DNA from: an uncultured Gemmatimonadales bacterium
Lineage (GTDB): Bacteria; Gemmatimonadota; Gemmatimonadetes; Gemmatimonadales; GWC2-71-9
Length of the DNA: 64,000 bases
Reading direction: 5' to 3'
NCBI GenBank assembly: GCA_963844035.1
Contig: CAWJMT010000009.1
Span: 81,798 to 145,797, forward strand
Position 1 is the first letter of the stretch. Each line of letters begins with the position of its first letter. Made by a program: the position numbers and the translations under genes. Below, one piece after another: positions 1 through 9,652 of the stretch. A model generated the notes under the pieces. The model worked only from the letters and a program-made list of their open reading frames with translations, had not been told where the DNA came from and ran no database searches.

Positions 1-552
1 CTCGCCGCTACGACGGTGGCGGACGCACGCGAGGCGTATGCCGCGATCCGGCTGGCGTCCCCGGGTGGATTGGGCACCGCGCCGGAGCAGGACGTCGCCC
101 GTTCCCCCACGGTGTCACTGCTCGAGGCGATGGCGTTGGCGCAGGGGCGCGACGCCATCGCGCGTGAATATGTGTCGGGGTTCGAGACGATCTTCGACGC
201 CGGCGCACCGGCGCTGGACCGCGCCCGCGCTGCCGGGCTACCGTGGCGCGATGCGATCGTCCACACCTACCTCACATTGCTCGCCGGCGCCGCCGACACG
301 CACATCGCGCGCAGGGCGGGCGCCGCGGCCGCCCGCGACGTGCAGCGGAGGGCGCAGGCGGTGCTCGACGCGGGAGGGATGCACCAGCCGGCCGGCCGGG
401 AGGCGGTCGCCGAGCTGGACCGCGCCCTGCGCGACCCATGTAACACCAGAAACCCGGGCGCCACCGCCGACCTCACGGCCGCGGCGATATTCGTTACGCT
501 GCTCGAGGGCGGCTGGTCCGAACGGACGGAGGAGCACCATGCCGGGGCGTAG
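1..552 (+). CDS. citG: Triphosphoribosyl-dephospho-CoA synthase (CitG) family protein, H4MPT-cluster type; 5' end lies outside the window
   Basis: Frame open from base 1; motifs DTHIARRAG and C-terminal RNPGATADLTAAAIF typical of the CitG family; located in a methanopterin biosynthesis cluster. Confidence 0.8.
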   Translation, partial: LAATTVADAREAYAAIRLASPGGLGTAPEQDVARSPTVSLLEAMALAQGRDAIAREYVSGFETIFDAGAPALDRARAAGLPWRDAIVHTYLTLLAGAADTHIARRAGAAAARDVQRRAQAVLDAGGMHQPAGREAVAELDRALRDPCNTRNPGATADLTAAAIFVTLLEGGWSERTEEHHAGA

Positions 553-1049
553 CCAATTCAAGGTGTCGCTCACGAAGGACCACATCGTGTTCGCCTCCGC
601 GCATTTCATCACGTTTCGCGGCCACCGCTGCGAGACACTGCACGGCCACAACTACCGGACGCGTGTGTCGGTGGAAGGCGGGCTCGATCCCGAGACCGCC
701 TTCGTCATCGACTTCGCCGAGTTGAAGCAGCTGATGAAGCGGCTCGTGGACGAAATCGACCATCGCGTGCTGTTGCCGCTCGAGAACGCCAAGCTGCAAA
801 TCACGGAAGAGGGCGACTCGGTGATCGGTCGCCTACGAGGGCGTGCGGCGGTACGTGTTCCCGAAGCGGGACTGCGCGCTGTTGCCGATTCCGAACACAA
901 CCGTCGAGATGCTGGCGCAATATCTCGCGGTGCGCGCGCGGCGCGAGCTGGAGCAGGCCGGCGGCGACGCGGTCGAGCTGACGTCGATCGAGGTCGAGGT
1001 GGAGGAAAACTTCGGCCAGTCGGCCACCTACCGCGAATCACTCACGTGA
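539..1049 (+). CDS. 6-pyruvoyl-tetrahydropterin synthase (QueD/PTPS) family protein with CExxHGH motif; one apparent frameshift near 830
   Basis: ATG at 539 after GGAGG; FASAHFI..RCETLHGHNY and IDHRVLLP; continues in another frame as ..PIPNTTVEMLA..VEVEENFGQSATY, stop 1049. Confidence 0.85.
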
Positions 1050-2085
1050 CCGGCGTGCTCGGCTGGGACATCGGCGGCGTGAACACCAAAGTCGCGCGCG
1101 TCGCGCACGGCGAGGTCGTCGACGTGCAGGCCCGGCCGTTCGAGATTCAACGGCACCCGCATGCCTTGCGACCGCTGCTCGTAGAGCTGGGCCGTGCGGT
1201 GGGGATGCAGCCGGGCGACGTGCACGCGGTCACCATGACCGCCGAGTTGTCCCAGACCTTCCGCACCAAGCGGGAGGGCGTCGGGTTCGTCCTCGATCAC
1301 GTCCTCGCCGCCTTCCCGGACGAGGCACATCGGGGTCCACACGGTGGACGGTCGCTTCATCGACGCCGCCGCCGCACGCGAGGCGCCGCTCGCGGTGGCC
1401 GCCGCGAACTGGGCGGCCACGGCGCGTCTCGTGGCGCAGGAGTGGCCCGACGGTGTGCTGATCGATGTCGGATCCACGACGACGGACATCACGCCAATCG
1501 TCGCCGGTGCCATCGCCGCCCGGGGCCGCACCGACCCCGAACGGCTGCGCGAGGGTGAGCTGGTGTACACCGGGGCGCTGCGCACGCCCGTCGAGGCGAT
1601 TGCGCCGACCGTTCCGCTCTGGGGTGGGGCAGCCGGAGTCGCCGCGGATGGCTTCGCGCTGGCGGGGGACGTACACCTGTGGCGCGGGCAACTGGTCCCC
1701 GACGACTATTCCGTCCCCACGCCCGATGGACGCCCCGCCACGCGCGAGTTCGCCGGCGGGCGTCTGGCGCGGGTCGTGTGTGCCGACCGCGAAATGCTTG
1801 ACGAGAGTACCATCGATGCGATCGCCGACGGCTTGTGGGAAGCGCAGGTGGAGCGGATCGCGCGCGCGCTGGCGCGCATCGGTGGACCGCCACGCGACGC
1901 TGGCGCGCGGCATCGCCATCGTCACGGGACTCGGCGATTTCCTGGCGGCCGAAGCAGCCCGCCGGGCAGGCCTTCAGGTGACCAACCTGTCCGCACACTG
2001 GGGTCGTGGGGCGCGGCACGCTCCCGCAGCGGCCGTCGCGTTGCTGCTCGACGCCAAACTTGAGCTGGAGACCATAGCGCGATGA
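1046..2085 (+). CDS. mfnF: Hydantoinase/oxoprolinase-like methanofuran biosynthesis protein (MfnF-like); apparent frameshifts near 1330 and 1885
   Basis: GTG overlaps the upstream TGA; LGWDIGGVNTK, AVTMTAELSQ, AAANWAATA, LIDVGSTTTDITP, ELVYTGALRTP, VTGLGDFLA across three frames. Confidence 0.8.
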
Positions 2086-2678
2086 CGGCAGGGCGGAGCG
2101 GGGTTGAGACGATTGTGAAGGTGGGCGGCGGCCTGCTGAGCCGGGCCGGTGCGTTCGAGCTCGTCACCGGGGCGTTGGCGTCGTTCGGGAAAGGGCGTCG
2201 CCTGCTGGTGATCCCGGGCGGGGGACCGTTTGCCGAGGCGGTGCGCGAGCTCGTACGGCGCGTGAAAGTCGGCGACGAGGCGGCGCATTGGATGGCAGTG
2301 TTGGGCATGGACCAGTACGCCCACGCCCTGACAGAACGGACCGCCGGCGCGGTTTTGGTCGAGCAGCTGCCCGAGGTCCACGCGGCTCTCGACGCCGGCC
2401 TAATCCCGGTGCTCGCCCCGTACCGCTGGCTGCGTGCCGCCGATCCCCTTCCCCACTCCTGGAATGCCACGAGCGACAGCGTCGCCGCCTGGGTGGCCGG
2501 TGCGGTGAACGCCAAACGCATCGTGTTGATCAAGCCGGCCAAGGGCGAGACATCCAGGCTGGTCGACCCCCTGTTTCTCAAGACGCTGCCGCCGGGGGTC
2601 GATTGTGTGGTGCTCACGGCGCATGAGATGGAGAAACTCGGCGAGGTTCTAGACAGGCGCGCCGCAAGCAAGGTCTGA
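2082..2678 (+). CDS. mfnE: Amino-acid-kinase family protein (MfnE-like, methanofuran pathway)
   Basis: IVKVGGGL, VIPGGGPFAEAVR, AHWMAVLGMDQ, LPHSWNATSDSVAAWVA, LVDP. Confidence 0.75.
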   Translation: MTAGRSGVETIVKVGGGLLSRAGAFELVTGALASFGKGRRLLVIPGGGPFAEAVRELVRRVKVGDEAAHWMAVLGMDQYAHALTERTAGAVLVEQLPEVHAALDAGLIPVLAPYRWLRAADPLPHSWNATSDSVAAWVAGAVNAKRIVLIKPAKGETSRLVDPLFLKTLPPGVDCVVLTAHEMEKLGEVLDRRAASKV

Positions 2679-3344
2679 GAGCGCGGCCGCACGGGCCACC
2701 GAGCACCCGTCCGGTGCGCCCACCGTCGCACGCGGCACCACGCACCCCAACAATGTCGGCACCGGCCTCCCGGGCCGCAGGCAGGTCCGCCCCGCGGAGG
2801 CTTCCCGCCAGAGCGACGAGCAGTCCGGCTGCGTGCGCCGTCGCTGCCCACGTTGCGACGTGGTCCTGTGGGATGAGCTCGAACAGGGTCGCGTCCTTGA
2901 TGGCGGTGTCGAGCAGTACTCCGGTGGCGCCCACGGCAGCGGCGACTTCCAGGATCACGTCGGGCCGCGGTGCATGCCGACGCGGTCCCAGTCGGCATAG
3001 CCCACCAGGATCACGTGCCCGTCCGTCCCTGCCCCGCAGGCGTCGGCAAGCTCACGGACCCGAGCGGCCGACCCGGTGCCGCGGAATCCGATTTTCACAT
3101 AGGTGACGCCAGCGGCCACCGCCGCCCGGGTAGCGCGCCCGATGTGCGCGCTGTCGGTCGCATCACCCAATGCGGCGCTGACGGGCCGGTGAGCACCCAC
3201 GGCCCTGCAGATCGCGCGCAGGCGCTCAGGCGCGACGGCACCGAGGGCGCCACGACGCGGCTCTTTCGCGTCGATCAGGTCGGCACCGCCCGCGAGCGCC
3301 GCACGCGCATCACGTACATCCGCAACGCTCACCAGGAGTTGCAT
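2649..3344 (-). CDS. mfnB: (5-formylfuran-3-yl)methyl phosphate synthase (MfnB/DUF556); apparent frameshifts near 2960 and 2700
   Basis: MQLLVSVAD..AGGADLIDAKEPRRGALGA, VSAALGD, YVKIG, LLDTAIKD, ALAGSL, DIVGVRGAAC; after a second indel the frame closes at TAG 2649-2651 (ORF track end is 2614). Confidence 0.85.
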
Positions 3345-3405
3345 AGCTTGGGCGTCCCTTGTGGCTGCCGCGAAATCGCCGGTAGGTTAGGGTTTGGGAA
3401 ACCCG

Positions 3406-4233
3406 ATGCCAAAACCTAGCGCCGAAGGGCCGGTCGTGCGATCCACGCCGGCTGAATCTCCCCCGGTCGGGGAACTATCACTCGCCGGGAAAGTGGTGCT
3501 CGTCACCGGCGGCTCGACGGGGATTGGCCGCGCTACTGCCGTCGCGTGTGCGGCGGCCGGAGCGGACCTGGCGATCACGTATGCGTCGAACCAGGCGGGT
3601 GCCGCGAGCAGCGCCGAGGAGATCCGCGCCCTCGGACGGCGTGCCGAGGTATTCCATGTGGATCTGGCGAATGCCGCCGGGGTCACAGAGCTGGCGGCGA
3701 GTGCGCGCGCCGCGCTCGGGCGCGTGGACGTATGGATCAACAACGCCGGCGCGGACATTCTGACGGGCTCCGCGCGCAACCTCACCTGGACCGAGAAGCT
3801 CGACCGGCTGCTGAGCGTAGATCTCCGGGGCACCGTGCTGGCGTCGTGGGCGGCGGTGGAGCTGATGCGCGCGCAGCAGGCGGGGGGCGTGATCCTCAAC
3901 ATGGCCTGGGACCACGTGGCGGCGGGCGGGATGACGGGTGAGTACGCCCAGGTGTTCTGCGCCGCGAAGGGCGGCGTCCACAGCTTCAGCCGTGTCCTGG
4001 CGCGCTCGGTGGCGCCGCACATCCGGGTGAACGTGCTCGCCCCCGGCTGGGTCGAGACCGACTACGGGGCTGCGCTCGATCCCGCGGTCAAGCAGCGGAT
4101 CGCCGGAGGCATCCCCCTGCAGCGCTGGGCCCGTCCGGAGGAGGTCGCCGCCGCCGCGGTATTTCTCGCGTGCGACGCAGCTGGCTACATCACCGGACAG
4201 ATGCTGATGATCAACGGCGGCGACGTGATCTAG
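3406..4233 (+). CDS. Atypical short-chain dehydrogenase/reductase (FabG/pteridine-reductase-like)
   Basis: TGGSTGIG, WINNAG, IRVNVLAPGWVET, YITGQMLMINGG; catalytic YxxxK appears as FCAAK. Confidence 0.85.
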   Translation: MPKPSAEGPVVRSTPAESPPVGELSLAGKVVLVTGGSTGIGRATAVACAAAGADLAITYASNQAGAASSAEEIRALGRRAEVFHVDLANAAGVTELAASARAALGRVDVWINNAGADILTGSARNLTWTEKLDRLLSVDLRGTVLASWAAVELMRAQQAGGVILNMAWDHVAAGGMTGEYAQVFCAAKGGVHSFSRVLARSVAPHIRVNVLAPGWVETDYGAALDPAVKQRIAGGIPLQRWARPEEVAAAAVFLACDAAGYITGQMLMINGGDVI

Positions 4234-4254
4234 CCGCCTCACCAGGAGGTCCCG

Positions 4255-4614
4255 ATGGCGACGAAGGAACGCACCTACACCGAAGCGGAGATCGAGGGGA
4301 AGCTCAAGGACTTGCCCGGGTGGTGGGTCGAGAACGGCTGGATCCGCCGCATGTACAAGACCGACGGGTGGCCGATCACGCTGATGCTGGTGAACGCGAT
4401 CGGCTATGTCGCCGAGGCGGCCAATCACCATCCCGATCTCACCGTGACGTGGGCGAAGCTGACGGTCAAGCTGCAGAATCACGCCGCGGGCGGGATCACC
4501 GACAAGGATTTCGAGCTGGCCCGCAAGATCGAGGACGTGGTGCTGTGGCGGCCGCAGGGCGGCGCGCTCGAGGGGACACCCAACAAGTTCGTGCGCTCCG
4601 GCGACCCGCGGTGA
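4255..4614 (+). CDS. phhB: Pterin-4-alpha-carbinolamine dehydratase
   Basis: AEAANHHPDL catalytic motif and HAAGGITDKDFELA; RBS AGGAGG upstream. Confidence 0.9.
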   Translation: MATKERTYTEAEIEGKLKDLPGWWVENGWIRRMYKTDGWPITLMLVNAIGYVAEAANHHPDLTVTWAKLTVKLQNHAAGGITDKDFELARKIEDVVLWRPQGGALEGTPNKFVRSGDPR

Positions 4615-6021
4615 GCAGCGCGTCTCGCGCTCCGCGGCGGGTGCTGTTCGTCACCGGCAAACTCGCAGAGCCCGCGCTGCGCCGCACCCTCGAACAGCTC
4701 GCCCCGGAGTTCGTCTACGACGTCGCCGTTCTCAAGATCACGGTCGCCGCGCTCATGACGGCGTCCTGGATCGCGCGGTTTCTCGAAGTCCCGCCCGGCA
4801 CCGACCTGGTGCTGATTCCCGGCCTGTGCGAAGGCGACCCCGCGCTGATCACCGAGCAGGTAGGCGTTCCGGTGCGAGAAGGGGCCCAAGGATCTGCGCG
4901 AGATTCCCGAGTACTTCGGCCGGGAGAAGGTCGCCGGTACGTACGGCGCCTGGAACATCGAGATCGTCGCCGAAATCAACAACGCGCCGCGGCTGCCGCG
5001 CGAAGCGGTGCGCCGCGAAGCCGAAGCGTTCCGCGAGAGCGGGGCCGACCTCGTCGACATCGGATGCACGCCTGGGCGCGCGTATCCCGACTTGGGCGGG
5101 GTCGTCCAGGAGCTGGTGGGTGCCGGGATGCGCGTCAGCATCGACTCGTTCGATCCGGGAGAAATCCGGACGGCGGTCGCGGCGGGCGCAGAGCTGGTGC
5201 TGAGCGTGAACCGGTCGAACCTCGAGGTCGCGCGGGAGCTTGCCGGCACGAGCGCGCGCGTGGTGGTGGTGCCGGATTTCGGCGCGGGGCTCGAGACGCT
5301 CGAGCCCAGTATTGCCGCCCTCGACGCCTGGGGGGTGCGCTACCTGATCGACCCGGTCATCGAGCCGATCGGGTTCGGCTTCGTCGCGTCGCTCGAGCGC
5401 TTCATCGAGGTGCGCCGGCGCTACCCGAGTGCCCCGTTGTTCATGGGCGTGGGAAACATCACGGAGCTCACCGAGGCCGACTCGACGGGTATCAACGCCA
5501 TTCTCATGGCGATCTGCCAGGAGCTGGGCGTCGGTGCGGTGCTCACCACGGCGGTGATTCCCTGGGCCCGAGGAGCGGTGCGCGAGCTCGCCGTGGCGCG
5601 ACAGCTGATGTACCACGCCGTCACGCAGAAGACCTTGCCCAAGGGCATCGACGACCGCCTGCTCACGGTGCGAGACGCGAAGGTGCTCGCGTACCAGGAA
5701 GACGAGTTGCGCGCGATTCAGGCGACCGTGACCGATCCCAACTTCCGCATTTTCACCGACGCCGACACGATCACCGTCTTCAACGACGAGATCTTCGTGC
5801 GCGGCACGGATCTCGATGAGCTGTTTGCGCAGCTGCCCGTCACGGACCCCGCGCATGCCTTCTACCTCGGGCGCGAGCTCATGAAGGCGAAACTGGCGAT
5901 CACGCTCGGCAAGACGTACCGCCAGGAGGGCGCATTGCGGTGGGGCTATCTCACGCCGCCCGACGACCGCGCTCCCAAGCACGTGAAGCGCCGGCGGGCC
6001 CGGGCCAAGGGCGGCGTGTGA
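4611..6021 (+). CDS. Dihydropteroate-synthase-like H4MPT biosynthesis protein (Orf20/DUF6513-like); apparent frameshift near 4880
   Basis: GTGA overlap; LFVTGKLAEPAL, VAALMT, GPKDLREIPEYFG, GADLVDIGC, SIDSFD, MGVGNITELTEADS, HAFYLGRELMKA..TYRQE. Confidence 0.8.
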
Positions 6022-7498
6022 GTGGGTTCCCCCTGGTCGAGGAGCTGATCCCGGCTCCCGATCCGCTGGAAGCGTGCGCGCAGCTGGCCGACCTTCCGTA
6101 TCTCGTCTTGCTCGACAGCGCGACCACCGAGACACCCGTCGGGCAGCACTCATTTCTCACCGCCGATCCCCCAGCGCTGGTTCGCAGCAAGGGCGATCTG
6201 ACGCAACAGCGCACCCCGGCGAGCGAGGTGTGGACGCGCGTGGACGGCGATCCGCTCAGCGCCGCGCGGCAGCTGCTCGCGCCCTTCGCTGCGGCGCCCG
6301 TACCCGGGCTGCCCCCCTTTCAGGGAGGGGCAGCCGGTTACCTGGGCTACGATTGGGGCGCGATGCTCGAGCGTGTGCCCCGCGCCGCATACGACGACCT
6401 CGCCATCCCGGACGTCTTGCTCGGCATTTACGACTGGGTGATCGCCTGGGACCATCGGACGAACCGCGCCTGGCTCGTGTCGACGGGGATGCCCTGAGAC
6501 GGGACCGGCTCGGAGCGAGCGCGCGGCTGAGCCGCATGGCGTTCGTGAAGGAACGGCTGGCGGGCAGGCGGGCAGGCGGGCAGGCGGGCGGCGAAGGCAA
6601 AGCCCGCCCACCCGCCGACCCGCCCACCCGCCCCTCCGCCCCGACGTATCCCGTCCCCGACATCGCGGACGCCTCCCGTCTCGGGCTCCGCTCGACGTTC
6701 ACCCGCGCCGGCTACCAACACGCCGTGGCGCAGGTGATCGAGTACATCTGCGCCGGGGACATCTTTCAGGCCAACCTGTCGCAGCGGCTCGAAGCCCCGC
6801 TTGTGGGCACGCCGTTCGAGCTGTACCGCCGGCTCCGGTCCCGCAATCCCGCGCCGTTCGCGGCGTTTCTCGATTTCGGCGAGCTGGTGGTGGCGAGCTC
6901 ATCCCCCGAACGCTTCCTGCGCCTCGATGGCCGGCACGTGGAAGCCCGCCCCATCAAGGGAACGCGGCCCCGCGGGGTGGGACCGGAGCACGACGCGGCT
7001 CTGGCCATGGCGCTCGCCGAGAGCGACAAGGATCGCGCGGAGAACGTGATGATCGTCGATCTCCTGCGGAACGACCTGTCGCGCGTGTGCGAGCCGGGAT
7101 CGGTGCGGGTGCCCGAGCTGTTCGCGCTCGAGCACTACGCGACCGTGCACCACCTGGTCTCGACCGTCGTGGGCGACCTCATCCCGACGCACAATGCGGC
7201 AGACCTGGTGCGCGCCGCATTCCCCGGCGGGTCGATCACGGGCGCGCCCAAAGTCCGCGCGATGCAGATCATCGCCGAGCTCGAGCCGACGCGGCGCGGG
7301 GTGTATTGCGGCGCGATCGGCTACTGGAGCACGACTGGGGCATTCGACACGAGCATCGTCATCCGCACGTATCTCGTGCTCGGGGACGTCGTGTATTTCC
7401 AGGCGGGGGGCGGGATCGTCGCCGACTCCGATCCCGAGCAGGAGTACCGGGAAACGCTCGACAAGGCCGGAGGCCTCATCGCCGCCCTGGTGCCATGA
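6018..7498 (+). CDS. pabB: Aminodeoxychorismate synthase component I; apparent frameshift near 6495
   Basis: LLDSA, PPFQGGAAGYLGYD, GDIFQANLSQR, SSPERFL, PIKGTRPR, KDRAENVMIVDLLRNDL, FPGGSITGAPK. Confidence 0.9.
6559..6642. repeat. Intragenic inverted arrays of 8-mers within pabB
   Basis: (GGCGGGCA)3-GGCGGGCG at 6559-6590 and CCCGCCCA/CCCGCCGA/CCCGCCCA/CCCGCCCC/TCCGCCCC at 6603-6642. Confidence 0.8.
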
Positions 7499-8109
7499 TC
7501 CTGCTCATCGACAACTACGACTCCTTCGTCTACAACCTGGCGCGCTACACGCGCGAGCTGGGGCTCGAGCCGCACGTCGTGCGGCATGACGCGATTTCGG
7601 TAGCAGGCGTCGCGGCGCTCGCCCCGTCGCACATCGTGATCTCGCCCGGCCCGTGCTCGCCCACCGAAGCGGGGATCTCGACCGACGTGGTGCGCCGGCT
7701 GGGCGCCACGATCCCGATCTTGGGCGTATGCCTGGGCCACCAGTGCATCGGAGCGGCGTACGGCGCGCCGATCGTCCGCGCGGGACGACCGATGCACGGA
7801 AAGGCATCGTGTATCCACCACGATGGGCGCGGCATTTTCACCGGGCTCCCGAACCCGTTCCAGGCCGCCCGTTACCACTCGCTCGCCATCTCCCGCGCGG
7901 GGATGCCTCCCGAGCTGCGCATCACGGCCACGAGCGACGACGGTGAGATCATGGCGGTCGAGCACACGCACCATCCCGTGGTGGGACTGCAGTTCCATCC
8001 CGAGTCGGTGCTGACAGAGCACGGCTACCGCCTGCTCGATCGATTCTTCCGGGGCGCGGCGTCACGGGGAGATCAGCTGCCCGACCGCGCCGACGGCATG
8101 GCCCGATGA
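7495..8109 (+). CDS. pabA: Aminodeoxychorismate/anthranilate synthase component II (glutamine amidotransferase)
   Basis: MILLIDNYDSFVYNL, ISPGPC, LGVCLGHQ, RYHSL, GLQFHPES. Confidence 0.92.
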   Translation: MILLIDNYDSFVYNLARYTRELGLEPHVVRHDAISVAGVAALAPSHIVISPGPCSPTEAGISTDVVRRLGATIPILGVCLGHQCIGAAYGAPIVRAGRPMHGKASCIHHDGRGIFTGLPNPFQAARYHSLAISRAGMPPELRITATSDDGEIMAVEHTHHPVVGLQFHPESVLTEHGYRLLDRFFRGAASRGDQLPDRADGMAR

Positions 8110-8669
8110 TCCTCGAAACGATCCTCACCACTCAGGATTCCGCGGGCACGGTGCACTGCGCGCCGATGGGTGTGGAGTGGGGCGAGGAGGAAATCGTGAT
8201 CAAGCCGTTTCTCGAGACGACGACACTGCGGAACCTCCGCGCTACGGGCGTCGCGGTCGTGAGTCTCACCGACGATGTGATGCTGTTCGCCCAGGCGGCG
8301 ATCTCGGACGCGCGGTTTCCGACTTTCCCCGCGGCCGTGGTACCGGGCGTCGTACTCGAAGCCGCGTGCTCGTGGCGCGAGGTGCGGGTGCACGCCATCG
8401 ACACGACGCCGCCGCGCGCCCGCGTCGTCACCACCGTCGTCCATCGCGGTGTGCGCCGGGAGTTCATCGGCTTCAACCGGGCCCGGCACGCCGTGCTCGA
8501 GGCCGCGATCCTCGCGACGCGTACGCACCTGCTTCCCGTCGAACAGATCCGCGACGAGTTCGCACGGCTGCAGGTGATCGTCGACAAGACCGCGGGCCCA
8601 AGCGAGCGGGAGGCGATGGCGCTGCTCACCCAGCACGTGCGCACGGCCGTCCCGGTGGCGGCACGATGA
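8106..8669 (+). CDS. DUF447 family protein (H4MPT cluster Orf22-like)
   Basis: ETILTT..HCAPMGV, KPF..TTLRNL, GFNRARHAVLEAAILATR, DKTAGP. Confidence 0.8.
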   Translation: MILETILTTQDSAGTVHCAPMGVEWGEEEIVIKPFLETTTLRNLRATGVAVVSLTDDVMLFAQAAISDARFPTFPAAVVPGVVLEAACSWREVRVHAIDTTPPRARVVTTVVHRGVRREFIGFNRARHAVLEAAILATRTHLLPVEQIRDEFARLQVIVDKTAGPSEREAMALLTQHVRTAVPVAAR

Positions 8670-9649
8670 CGCGGACGGCGCCGGCGGTGTTTGTCGAGGC
8701 GCCGGCGCGGCTGCATTTCGGTATGCTCGACCTGCGCGGCACCCTCGGGCGCCGGTTCGGGGGCATCGGCGCCGCTGTGCCCGCGCCGTCGCTCCTGCTC
8801 GAGGCGCGCCCCGCCGCGGGCTTGAGCGCGGAGGGACCCCGGGACCACGTCGAGCGCGCGCTCGAGTTCGCGCGTCGCTTCCTGTCCCATCACCATCTCG
8901 TTGCGGGAACCGAGTTGTGTCTGCACCGCACGATCCCGGCGCATGCGGGCCTCGGCTCAGGAACCCAGCTGGCTCTGGCGGTCGCGCGGGCGCTCGCCGA
9001 GCAGCACGGGCTTCCCACGGACATCGCCGCCCTCGCGCACGCCGTGGGCCGGGGCCGCCGCTCGGGCGTCGGCACTTGGACCTTCGCGGGCGGCGGATTC
9101 GTGCTCGGAGGGCGGCCGGCGGCGCACGGACACCGGGATCGCTCCCTTGCTCGCGCGGCTGCCGATACCGGCGGCGTGGCGCTGCGTCATCGTCGTGCCT
9201 GAGGGCGCGCCCGGGCTGGCCGGAGACGAGGAAGCGGCGGCGTTCGCGCGGCTCCCCCCCCGGACCCGCACGCGGTCGAGCACGTGGCGCACGTCGTGGT
9301 GATGCAGCTGCTCCCGGCGCTCGCCGAGGCGGACCTGGCTGAATTCGGTGCGGCGTTGAGCGAGGTGCAACGGGTTACGGGCGGCTGGTTTGCCGAAGCT
9401 CAAGGGGGGGTGTTCGCGCCGGGCCAGAGCGCGGCGCTGGTGGAGCGCCTGCGCGAATGGGGAGCCACCGGCGTCGGGCAGAGCTCGTGGGGACCGGCGG
9501 TCTATGGGTTGGTCGCGGACGCGTTCACCGCCGGCATGATCGCTGACCGGGCGCGCGACGTGGTGGGAGCTCGGGGTGCCGTGTACGAGGGCCCGTTCAG
9601 CTCGGGCGGCGCACGGATCGCGCGGGGCGCGCCACCCGAGCCGCTGTAG
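8666..9649 (+). CDS. mptG: Beta-ribofuranosylaminobenzene 5'-phosphate (RFAP) synthase, GHMP family; apparent frameshifts near 9105 and 9260
   Basis: APARLHFGMLDL..RRFGGIG, PAHAGLGSGTQLALA, GRGRRSGVG..F..GGF, GVGQSSWGPAVY. Confidence 0.9.
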
Positions 9650-9652
9650 GCG

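Noticed and set aside
38..1558. 506-aa ORF joining PTPS and MfnF segments
   Set aside because: Chimeric frame caused by indels; separate starts exist at 539 and 1046.
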